From Octopus sinensis (lineage: Eukaryota): a DNA stretch of 64,000 nucleotides. Shown in pieces: positions 52,399-64,000 of the stretch. Where the stretch lies: the NCBI RefSeq assembly GCF_006345805.1, contig NC_043001.1:5952001-6016000 (forward strand), in the 5' to 3' direction. Below the pieces are notes generated by a model that saw nothing but the letters and a program-made list of their open reading frames with translations, was not told where the DNA came from and did not search any database. How positions within the stretch are numbered: position 1 is the first letter of the stretch; each line of letters begins with the position of its first letter. The position numbers and the translations under genes were made by a program.

Positions 52399-53817
52399 AT
52401 AAGTGTAGAAGTGATTTTCTAGCACGAAGATCGCAACGAACGGTGGAATATGATGGGATATATTTGGATAAATAGTTGTTACTTGGTCAGAAATTTTTTC
52501 TCGTAATGATTAAATAAATTTGTTTTACGTCTCTTTGGCTCGTTAGAATAAGAAATAATGTCGTTTGTGCAAGTTAATTCTTCAAGGAGAAGGTTGTGAA
52601 TCAACACGTTTATCCTCAGGTTGTATTTTCTGGTTCAAAAAGACAAATTATCACTGATCTTTACATTTAATAACAATAAACAAAATAAATAATTTGGTTA
52701 GTCATTAGGGATCTTAGATACAATAAGAGTTTATGAGACATTTCGGCTAAACAAAGTCTGCATCTCTTTCATCCACTAAATGAATCGTTTAACGATGCTT
52801 TGAGTGTGTGCTGGGTGTATTTAGGTTTCAAGTAACACAAATCACTAACGTCATGGCTTACTTCTTATCCACGAGTTGCAAACTAAACTGGTATTTAGTT
52901 TATCTTTAAACATTCACTTTCACATATATATCAAGGTAGTTTTCTTTAATCTCTTTACTCTAGAGCAGTGTGGTAAATTGAGTTTCATAAATCAATGATC
53001 TTCTCATACATGCCTGATCGTGAGGACAATATTTTAGGTCTTGACATTTACAAATTGTAGTGGGAATTGTTTTCATATTGGTGAAAAGAGATTGAAAGCA
53101 ACATGAACTGTATATTTGTCCAATATTTTATCTGTGGCAAAATCATATGTATTTAGAAACATTTTAATACTAAAGCAACGAACGGCAAACCGTTGCACAA
53201 AATCTTGCACAATCAAAATTTGACACACCCGAATTCAACTTTATCTTTTTACACAATTACCTCAACGCCTGACTGAATTCTAAAGAAAAAGCAAAATTCC
53301 AAGAAACCAAGTAAAATGCCCTAAAATAACGTTTTATCAAACCACAATCTACAACCACAGAAATCCTCAATAATTTCTAGTATGATATTCTTGAGCACGT
53401 TCTGAAACAAACTGGTACACAAATAATTATCGTTCTAAATATCTTCACCTAGCACTCGAAAGAAGAAATCTTGCCTAAGAGTGTACAAATGCAAACGGAA
53501 CACAGATAAATCAGAATCTGAGAAAGAGTAACAAGCAGATATTTCGATGACATTCAAAGCAACGTTGTCTTTGTAAAGGTTTAGTATGTATGCATAAATG
53601 CATGTATAAATGTATTCATGGGAGGAAGATACGGATCATAGGAACACAGGGAAGACAAGAAAGGACACAGATGAACGTCGATAAATTCGCAACCTTTCGG
53701 TTATCGACACGAATTCATCTCAATTCCTATATATGTTCACAGCCCCTCCCATTTATATATATATATATATATGTATATGCTCGTGTGTGTGTGTGTGTTT
53801 GTTTGTGTGTGAGTGTA

Positions 53818-53909
<92 letters not shown>

Positions 53910-54032
53910 ATATATATATATGTTTCATATACATGTGGTCGTGGGCAGGTTTTCAATCACTGAACCTCGAATGAAAAGGCCATGGAAATCTGTTAGATTT
54001 TTTTCTGCACCGCTAATCGATTCTCTTTGCAG

Positions 54033-54143
54033 AATGCGTATCATGTTGCTTTGTTCAATCTTGCAGAACTGCAACATTCCAAGGATTTTAGGGAAATCTG
54101 TTATTACATTGCACAATACATCTATGATAATATGGACAGATAA
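54033..54143 (+). CDS. Candidate terminal coding exon of an unidentified host gene
   Basis: CTAAT branch-point-like motif (54013-54017), TTCTCTTTGCAG acceptor, then NAYHVALFNLAELQHSKDFREICYYIAQYIYDNMDR*; no partner exons found. Confidence 0.3.
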   Translation, partial: NAYHVALFNLAELQHSKDFREICYYIAQYIYDNMDR

Positions 54144-54595
54144 AAATACGTAGAATTGATTTAAGAGAAACCTGTTTCTCTTCATTTTCCTGTTATATTT
54201 TCTCCGTTTCTCAAATTTTTTTCGGAGAATTCACATCTATCGACTGTGTATAAAAGTTCATAACATTCGCTCCCTGTCTGAAAAACACATTATCTGGCAT
54301 GTTATGTGTATATCAGGTTACTGTGTTTATAATAAATATTCTTTGTTATTTTTATTTCAAAAGTGAAGATCTATTGTACTTATTTTTGAGTGGCTATCAA
54401 TGCATTGCATTCCGCGGCTAGTTGAGTGACTTCTTTAAAGAATATTATCAGGACTAATGAAAATGTAAACTTTTCTGGATAGTTTTGGACAGCATTATTT
54501 AAAGACGATGCATGTCATAAATTCCAAACTTGTGTCAGAGATAAACACCCAATATTTCTTTGTCCAAAGACGCTAAGCTAGCGATCACCAATATC

Positions 54596-55005
54596 CTGTT
54601 CTACAGTAGGCACAAGCCACCAAATGTTTGGGGAGGGGCCCAGTCGATTAAATCCACGCCAGTGCGTCACTGGTATTTAAATTATCGACCCCGAAAGGAT
54701 GAAAAGCAAATCCGACTCCGGCGGATTTTAAACACAGAACATAAAGACATGCGAAATACCGCTAAGCATTTCGCTCGTCATGCTAACGTTTCTTTATTTC
54801 TACTCTAGGCAAATGGCCCGAAATTTGTGGAGAATGGGCCAGTCGATAAGATCTACTACTGTACGCAACTAGTACTTAAATTATCGAACCCGAAAGGATG
54901 AAATGCAAATTCGACCTCGGTGGAATTTGAACTCAACATAAAGGCAGACGAAATACGCCTAAGCATTTCGACCCGCACGCTAACGTTCCTGCTAGCTCGC
55001 CGCTT
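54596..55005 (-). mobile_element. Two tandem family 1 SINEs (54596-54790 and 54795-55005)
   Basis: Both contain ATCGA(C/A)CCCGAAAGGATGAAA and GCTAACGTT; same orientation, almost abutting. Confidence 0.85.
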
Positions 55006-56368
55006 TCAGGGCTCACCAATTTCGCCATGTGCTTATATAGATTTTGTGAGCTTACGATAATTACCTCCCTTTCCCTCCGGTTAAGAGCTTTCATCAAGGA
55101 AATATTATTTTCAAATGTTTTATTTGGTTACAGTAATTTATCTTCCTCACTATTGGAGAGAATATGCTCGAATATGTATTTCTTTTCATTTTCGAACAAT
55201 CCAACATTTAAGTTATGCGATATTTCCTCTCCACGTGGTGCGATCTTCTGTCATATTGTACGTGATCGAACAATGTTGTCTGGGAAGACCAGTCGATATG
55301 TTACAAGCTAGGTGTCATCCAGTTCTGTTTTACAGATCCCGTAGCGTTTAGCAATTTGGAACTATTATTACGTTCCAGCTTCATTTCAAATTTACACAAA
55401 ACACTCATTTTAGTCCCATTACTATACGCCATTTCCATTCTATTATATTTCTTATAATACATTCTCAACAGTTAATATCTATATTAAAATGTGTCCACGT
55501 CGCTGTCTATTCCGCACTGACACACGCTTCCGTTTCTATTAATGTTGAAATTTAATGTCTGGAGACAAAACCTATTTATCAGCCATCTACATATGGCCGA
55601 TTGAAAAACTAAGACATCTGGATTACAAGAGATGATTATTTCTCTGAATTCAACATATTCAAGCACGAAATGCTGTTTTTATCTTCTCCTGGGATGCAAA
55701 CAAAGAAAATATTCCAAGTGCTTTTAAGTTCAACGTATTTCAATAATCTATTTATTTTGTATACATTTGGAAAAGCTGAACTCAAGTCAGTAGAACACCG
55801 GAGTAAAATACGGACGTGTAACAAGAAAAACTACAGAGACCCAAGGAAGTTGAGATCTTTTTGGGAAGATTTTCACGAGTTTTAGAAATACATTAAGTAA
55901 AATTGCGCTGCAGCAGGTTGTTTAATGATCCATATAGCATAATCCTGAGTAGAACTATGATGAAATTATGTATTTGTGTTTAAGACGGCGAATTGTGGAA
56001 TCGTTATCGCTGAACGAAATGCTTAGCAGTATTTCGACCGTATTTCAATAATCTATTTATTTTGCATACACAACATTTATACATTTGGTCAAGCTGCTCT
56101 CAAATCACAACGCTTTATCTTTTAAGATATCATCTTGCATTGCAGGTTACTACACACGCTCTAATTTACAGTATATATCTAATTTTTAGTTCATATATAC
56201 TCCGTTACAGACCATTATTTAGCAATTATATTTTGGCTTACTTATATTATGTTGTGTCTGTTTCACATAAGAAATATTTTGGTTTGCTATTCATCGTGTT
56301 GTCTCGTTGTCCCATAACTATAACACTGATCATTAACTATATTCATTCAGAGCTATATAAAAGAAAAC

Positions 56369-57213
56369 AAATCAAAATGAGGGTGAAAAAATTGGATATT
56401 AATTTAATAAACCCAATTTAACACCAAGTGGTCTAGCGCATAAAAGTCTGAGATTCAGTAAATATCATTAATACACAAATATGAGAGAGAATCCACTATG
56501 TGGACGCTCGAACGCTAATTGTATGGGGTTAATCTATATTTTTGTTATTTTTCATTTGTCTTGCTCGCTTACGTTCATAGTGTGCTAAATTTTTCTTGAG
56601 AACAATTCTTAGTGGTTGAGACACTTGCGGATCTATCTTTAGCGTTAGAGCGTCCACATAGTGGATTCTCTCTCATATTTGTGTATTAATAATATTTACT
56701 GAATCTCAGTATTTTATGCGCTAGACCACTGGTGTTAAATTGGTGTTATTAAATTAATATCCAATTTTTTTCACCCTCAATTTGATTTTGATTATAAATT
56801 AATATGTTCTCAAACCGGCGTAAACTACTGATGTGAATTACTTATGCGGTATTTATTTCCGGGAATTTGGCGCGCTGGAACGAGGACATTTGAATATAAC
56901 TGTGAATATAATAGGCCGAACTGTTCGTATTTTTGACCTCGTCTTAATATCTAGCGTGCAGTTCGACAAATTATATTTTTTGACGTACTCCACCGATGAT
57001 CTGAGGGTTAATTATGTAAGTAAAATTGCATAATTTATTAACAATGAAACAATTGTATGGGGATAATCTATATTTTTATTATTTTTCATTGTCCTGCTCA
57101 CTTACATTCTTAGTGTGCTAAATTTTTCTTGAGAACAATTCTTAGTGGTTGAGAACCTTGCGGATCTATCTTCAGCGTTAGACCGTCCACATAGTGGATA
57201 CTCTCTCATATTT
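56369..57213. repeat. 150-bp inverted repeat (56369-56518 / 56639-56788) plus an about 161-bp direct repeat (56519-56680 / 57053-57213)
   Basis: Direct manual alignment of arms and copies. Confidence 0.9.
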
Positions 57214-57635
57214 TTGTAAAAGAAAACAAAAACACTTCTGCCAGAAATTTTATCACTTGCTCCTCTAGATACAACGAGGCAAGAAATGCTAATATTGTTG
57301 GGGTAAATCATACGCGACAAAGATCTCGAACAATAGGAATATAGTCAACATTTGGAATATGCAACTACACGACACAGAGTGATGTAAAGTAACCAATAAG
57401 ACTGCATAGGCAAAGTACGAAAAATAAATAAGATGAATCATAACTGTGGCTGAATTTTGTATAAATATAACTACAGAGGAACTGCAGAAATTAATTCAAT
57501 ACATCCATTCAGAGAAAACAACAGCTAGAATGTAGTGAATCGAATAAGAAATTTCACTTCGAAGATATCTGTATTTCGAATTATTTACAGAATTTCGCAG
57601 AAAATAATTTTTCGAAAATTTGCCGCTAAGGCAAC

Positions 57636-57902
57636 AATTTTGGGAGAGGGAATGAGTCGATTACATTGACTTCAGTGTTTCACTAGTATTTAATGTATCG
57701 ACCCCAAAAGTATGAAACGTAATTTGGTCGCGACGGAATTTGAACTCAGAACGTTGCGACAGGCGAAATACCTATTTCTTTACTACCCAGAAGGGGTTTA
57801 ACACAGAGGGGACAAACAAGGACAGACAAACTCAGAACGTAACGGCAAACGAAATACCGCAAAGCATTTCGCACAGCGAAAACGATTCCGCAGTTCGCCG
57901 CC
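57636..57902 (-). mobile_element. Family 1 SINE interrupted by an about 60-bp insert with partial duplication
   Basis: AACTCAGAACGT...CGAAATACC occurs twice around CTATTTCTTTACTACCCAGAAGGGG...GACAGACAA. Confidence 0.65.
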
Positions 57903-60900
57903 TTAAACCCCAATACATAATTTAATAAGAGTTCTATACAGGCATATACTGTATGGAACATTAAAAACGTGCTGCAGCGCTGCACTACTTAATGTGAAAA
58001 TACAGAAATATTAAAAACATCTCTAATCACAGTAAGTGGTTTGGTTCGATGTAGTTTTACTCTATACACTTCCGTTTTCTATTTCTATGGAGAAGACTTA
58101 ATAAAAAAGGACCTTATTGAAAAATAATATAATTTTGCAACCAAACACAGAAAGATGCGTGCAGCATGATAATTGCTGCAATAAATAGTTAATTATACAC
58201 GGAAAATAGTTAATTAACACCTACTTCGAAATGAAGGTTACTTTGTCGTTGAAACGTAACGTCCAGTGTCCCAAAGTAGATACGGCATTTAGTCTGGAAT
58301 CGCTAACAATAATTTAATATAAATTAAACGACACAATACAGTCAAGAGTCATTACAGTGAATGATAGAACAATGCTTAGTGTTTTCCTCTAAGAATCTTT
58401 ACTCTTTATATATTTTTTTAAAGTTTGAGGACCTCAATGAGATTAGTTTCCTTCAACAGCCCTTTTTGCGATTCTATGTGAGCAGACCAATAATTGTTCG
58501 ACTCCCCCAAATAAAACCATCATCATATATGGAATACATTTGTTATAAAATCAATACGGACCCCTCAGACGGTGTAAAATGAAAAGAATAAATATACATG
58601 CAAGTTGTATGTGTAGAGATGGGAAAAGACGAAGCCATCAATTCAATAAACACGGTCTATAAAAATATCGACAAATGAGTCAAAGCAGACATTTACAACA
58701 TAGTCACCGATATTGTTCACAGTTCAATCAATACCCAGAACAAATATTTTCCAACATTTTATGTTTACTGTTAGTTTTAAATTATAGAGAATACCCCACT
58801 TCTTGCTTAATCAAAACGGCTTGTATGATTGTATCACACTGGTGATTCCATCTTTTTTCTTTTGGTTACATATTCCACAGCATATTTACGTTTCTGGTTC
58901 GTGTTATTGACAACATCTTAAACATGGACCACATGCCGTTTGCAAATGAGGTTAAGGAGTATTTCTTCCTCTGTTTTTCTAGGTTTTCATTATTCCATTT
59001 CAGACTTAGCAATCGGTTATCACGACAACACCTATCGTTGTTTACAAAGCAATAGGTTATTCCTTAACGTATAACAATCTGAAATACATTTAAAATAGCA
59101 TAAATCTAACTAAAAAATTGATTAAAGTTACCGTTTTCATTACTAGTCTACATGCAGTAATGCTACTACAAAAGCTACGATGACCTCAATAATCAACCAT
59201 CTTAGAAGCTGCAGAGTAAAAATCAAAACATATTCTGTAACATCATGAAAACTAGGAGTTAGTAACAATAAAAACAACAGCATTATAATCGTATAGACCA
59301 CATTTAGATATATACAACTAGTATCAACGACATGAAACAATTCACTTTGCCCATAAAAAAGCAAATATGTCCTCCATATTCAGTTTTTTATGGCTACTTC
59401 GCAGCCAATAAACGTTCGTAGAACAGCTTACCAGTATCACAATAGAGCAGGTAAATGTAAATATACACACACCACATACGCTATCACAAAAAATTCAACC
59501 ATATACATGTACTTATGTGTGTATATATAAATAGTATATATATATATATATGTATATGTGTGTGTGTACACATACATGCAGGTATATATGTATATATATG
59601 TGTATATATGTACATATATATGGTATATATGTACATATATGAGTCTCTCTCACTGTATATATATATATATGCGTGTGTGTGTGTGCATTATGTTTGGGTG
59701 TGGTGAGGGATTGTTTGTATGTGTGTGTGTGTTTTTCGGTGCGTGTGTGCGTACACATACATGCATGTATAAATGTTTTGTATATGTACATATATGAGTC
59801 TCTCTCTCTCTATATATATATATGTATGTATATGTATGTATATATTTTTTGTATGGGCGTGTGAGTGAGATTCTTCGTGCGTGTGTGTGTGTTTTATGTG
59901 TGCGTGTATGTGTGTGTCTGTGTATGTGTGCAGAATATAGGAAATAGACCAACATACATTCACACAAACCTACATAATTTATGTCTTTTTCACAGCTGCT
60001 ACTTCATATGTAAATGTATTCGAATAATATTTTTTCACAATTTTATATATTTCTGATCTGAAAATATTTCTCGATTTATGGTTATTTAGTTGCAAGCGCT
60101 CCGTTTCTCGGAGCAAATATGTACGCATATCCAGGACAGAGAGAATTTTACATGCCTCTATGTCAAGATATAAAATGTTAAATTATAAAGAACACAAAAA
60201 AAAAAACACAAAAATAAGACTTGTCGGAGGAACCTTTATGTTTAGCTATGATATAACTGTCATTTATATGAGTGTCACGTCATACAATGTATAATGCTGT
60301 CCAATAAAAAAAAACTTATATTAGACATGTAAAGTAGTACTCTGCGGTATGTTTGTCTGTATTTTCGGGAAGAACGTCCACCTGAAATATATTCATTCTT
60401 CTCAGACGATAGATTTTATATAGATATTCCCAAAGCAATAAATACACTAATATTTATTATTATCATGAATATTTTTTTGCAGTAGACATAGTTTTATTAC
60501 GTTATTTTACTGCGTAACCGAGCGCAGCACCGCACGCCTTGTGTAGGGACGAAGTTTTCTTTTGTTTGTAGTTTCTGTTATATAGTCTGTTTGTGCGACG
60601 TAAAATATCGAAGTCGGCGAATTAGTAACATCTAAAGCGACACCTAACATGCTGCGTCGTACTGAGGTAGGATAGGTTTCTGCTAGATAAACTCTGAGTT
60701 CAAATCCCACCGATAGTAAATATGGCTTTTATTAATTTAGGGCCAATTAATTTACTTCCAATGAACTACGATGGCTAACATCGCCATTCTTCCTTTCTCT
60801 TTTCCTCTCTCTCACTTTCTCTCCTCCTTTTTCTATTTAACTTCTACTTATAATCACTTTGTCTTATTGTCTATCGTATCCGACTTGAGTCTTACGTTAT

Positions 60901-61299
60901 GGCTACAGTGTCTCTGGCATCCTCGGTTACATATACTTGACTTTTCCGAGAAACAATTCTGTTGGTTAATCGAATGAAAGTCACACAATCTACACCATTA
61001 GACTGTCCAGAGTGTGTCCAAGCACACAAGGGTCTTCATTGTATAACTAAATAAATGAATATATAAAATAAATGAAAATTCTATACCTTTAATGTACTTT
61101 ATAATCATTTGAAGTTCGTTGGTTCATTTCTTCAAAGGAGCCGGTGATGAACAGAGGAGTATAGACAAGAAGTTTCTCTTTGAATTTAAGACACACTCGT
61201 CATGCAGCGATATCAATAGTAGCGTTGCTGTTGGGATTTTGTTTAATATTTAATGTGAAAACTTCTGGAATATCATGTTTTAATAAAAAATCCCGTGAG

Positions 61300-61475
61300 A
61301 TGGCGTAGACGATATTTTGCGCTTAGCGGCATTTCGTCCGTTTTACGCTCTAAGTTTCAATTCCAGAGAGGTCAACTGTGCATTTCCTTCCTTCGATAGA
61401 ATACACCCTGATTGGCAACTGAGGTGGAGGAAATTGAAATTGCTGGCCTTGTACCAAATTTGGAATCGATATTAT
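61300..61475 (+). mobile_element. Family 1 SINE (diverged)
   Basis: GCTTAGCGGCATTTCGTCCG...GAGGTCAACT...GGCCTTGTACC. Confidence 0.65.
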
Positions 61476-62497
61476 TCATTATCAATAACGTGAGAAACAT
61501 TTGAAGCTAACAAAAATATTTATATTTGAGGCCTGCTGCTTGACAATGGTTTGAAAAAGATTACTGGTCCTGTTTTTGCTCTTTCCTGCAACGGACTACA
61601 TTTATCGGCGGAGATATTCCGACAGTTCCTTTGTATAAACCTTTGACGACCTTCGTATAATCACAATAAATCTTCCAGTATAGATGTAGTTGCGTCACGT
61701 TACTTGCTAAAGTGCATAATGTTAACAAGTGTGTAATAGCATCCATTAACAATAGTCAGAATAGACACAATTATGAAGACGGGATGACTTTGATTTCGAT
61801 TAAAATTCGGATAATAGATATTTTGTAATTCGGATAATCGGTATGTGTAAATTATTCATGTAGAATTATAAATTCTCATTTACTAATACTTAGCTTGTCA
61901 TATGCTTCATGTATCTATGCTGCAGATAACACCTTTTAGTATTAAGGTTTTAGTTATTGAGATTTAATAATGAATAAGAAATTAATTAAAAGTGCAAATT
62001 TGGCAGGGAATACGGAATTAACGGCAGGACTTGTATCAATATCATGAAACCGTGTAGATGACAATCTCTCGACTTTTAATTTGATTATGACTTCTGTTCG
62101 ACAAATAGTTGTTCATAAATTTAGATGTAGAATTGCACGCCCATGAAGAAATTATTGAATTTAATACGTAATACACCTTTGAAAGTTTTTTTGAGAAAAC
62201 CGAAAATTTCGTTGTCATTTAATATATTTAATGAGTAGATGGTAGTTACGTGAATTTTATTATGTTCATTACATACCTAAATACAAAAGAACTTGTCACT
62301 TCTACACCTCTGACTAAATAACGGGATTTGAAGCATATTCTGCTGAATGCAATTTTGTTTACATGAATTAGTTGTTTTGAAACTATTTATTATTTCATAT
62401 CTAATGGTGTTTTCTCACGCTTGCGAAACTACGTTTGACCTGAAATTCACTCTTCCTGCGTTTATTGTTTAGTCTTCCAATAAAATACATTAATATA

Positions 62498-62916
62498 GGC
62501 GCAGGAGTGGCTGTGTGGTAAGTAGCTTGTTTACCAACCACATGGTTCCGGGTTCAGTCCCACTGCATGACATCTTGCGCAAGTCTCTTCTACTATAGCC
62601 CCGGGCCGACCAATGCCTTGTGAGTGGATTTGGTAGATGGAAACTGAAAGAAGCCTGTCGTATATATGTATATATATATATGCATGTATGTGTGTGTGTA
62701 TGTTTGTGTGTCTGTGTTTGTCCCCCTAGCATTGCTTGACAACTGATGCTGGTGTGTTTACGTCCTCGTCACTTAGCGGTTCGGCAAAAGAGACTGATAG
62801 AATAAGTACTGGGCTTACAAAGAATAAGTCCCGGGGTCGATTTGCTCGACTAAAGGCGATGCCCCAGCATGGCCGCAGTCAAATGACTGAAACAAGTAAA
62901 AGAGTGTAAAAGAGAG
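62498..62916 (+). mobile_element. tRNA-derived SINE, family 2 (full-length reference copy)
   Basis: GGCGCAGGAGTGGCTGTGTGGTAAG (A-box region), GGTTCAGTCCC (B-box-like), internal (TA)n(TG)n, tail CAGCATGGCCGCAGTCAAATGACTGAAACAAGTAAAAGAG. Confidence 0.92.
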
Positions 62917-64000
62917 TATATTATTACGTCACTGAAGATGTTATAGTCAATATCCGTCAATCGTAAACGTTAGTTCTAAGCAGATAGGTCCGGAGAAGAT
63001 TCTGGAACAATAAGACATTCCCAGTTATTTTAAATATCCAAGCCAATATTTCAGTCACATAAAATTATTGTTTTTCTTTGTAAATACCATAGATAGTTGA
63101 TTATCCGCAAAAGAAATGCACAGTGCCGGCTTCAACATTTTGATGTCTGACAGAATACCTCTTATAATTTGTTCCGGTCATCTATGTTCAAATTCCTAAG
63201 CCAGTCGCCCTTTTTCATTCTGGAATCGATAAATCAATTTGTCTGTAAAATTTGTTGATCAGTGCAAAATGCGCTTATTTGAAATATCATATGGGGGAAC
63301 AACTTGTACAACCAAAGTATCAGCTTGGCGTACATGAATGTCACGTTGATATTACTGACAATGCAACCCACAAATATCTCATGGACCGCACATATGTGCA
63401 CACACTGTCAAGTTTTCTTTGTCTCTTTCTTACTTTATAGGTGGACACCATCAAAAGACAAGTTGAAAGGGCCATCATGATAGTCACAAGAAAAGCAGAA
63501 TCAGCAAATTGACCTCGGTTTTCTATGTCTAACTGAATGTTGGGTATTTTAATCTAAACTTAAAACATAGAAGTCTTTTTTTTTTTAAAATAAAACTTTC
63601 CTCGGTGTGAATGTCGCTTTCTATAGTAGGTTTCATCAGTTTTAAAATCGTATGTATTAATAGATAAACGTGATTCTAAGCTGTTTTCGAATTTCACATG
63701 TGTTTGTTCGACGTATTCAAGGCATATCATACAAGATAAATAACCTTTACCTGTATTGAAAAAGAATTTTGTAAATTTTGTAAATAGTATCGTTAAATAT
63801 ATATTATGTATTAATTAATGGCTCGAATGCCGGGGAACTATATACATATATATATATATTTGTTTCGCGTATATAATATTAATTTCTGAAAAACAAAGTG
63901 GTTTTCTTTAAATAATTCTTATATTCGACTTTTAAGATCATTCGCCAAATAAAATAAAGCTTCCTCACTTTCTTGTATCCCCGAGGTAACCGACCATTAT

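Noticed and set aside
52074-52400. 108-aa minus-strand ORF exactly spanning the TSD-flanked insert
   Set aside because: No recognisable domain; its end coinciding with the insert boundary is plausibly chance.
62925-62985. CTGAAGATG...ATCGTAAACGTT hammerhead-like string
   Set aside because: GAAA is interrupted and helix I does not pair; too degenerate to call.

Overview
AT-rich, microsatellite-dense, non-coding-looking animal DNA, most likely from an octopus. That assignment rests on my recognising the tRNA-derived SINE families as Octopus-type and was not database-checked. No complete host gene is supportable. Nearly all ORFs in the supplied track are microsatellite or chance ORFs, and only two weak candidate terminal exons remain (54033-54143 and 63441-63512). 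The recognisable content is transposable-element derived: a 2.8-kb 5'-truncated Tx1/L1-clade LINE embedded in (TATC)n on both sides; a full-length 1289-bp irritans-type mariner with 31-bp TIRs and TA duplications; R4/Dong-like, CR1-like, RTE and Gypsy remnants; non-autonomous Helitrons; a MITE-like hairpin; and at least four SINE families. The most notable observation is a 355-bp inverted repeat (26793-27147 / 27466-27820) in which each arm encodes a complete, canonical-core type I hammerhead ribozyme. Each has a palindromic helix III and an unusually long helix II, and the two point outward. A second, unrelated hammerhead candidate sits in another inverted repeat at 30900-31158. Together these suggest Penelope-like or retrozyme-like non-coding retroelements in this genome.
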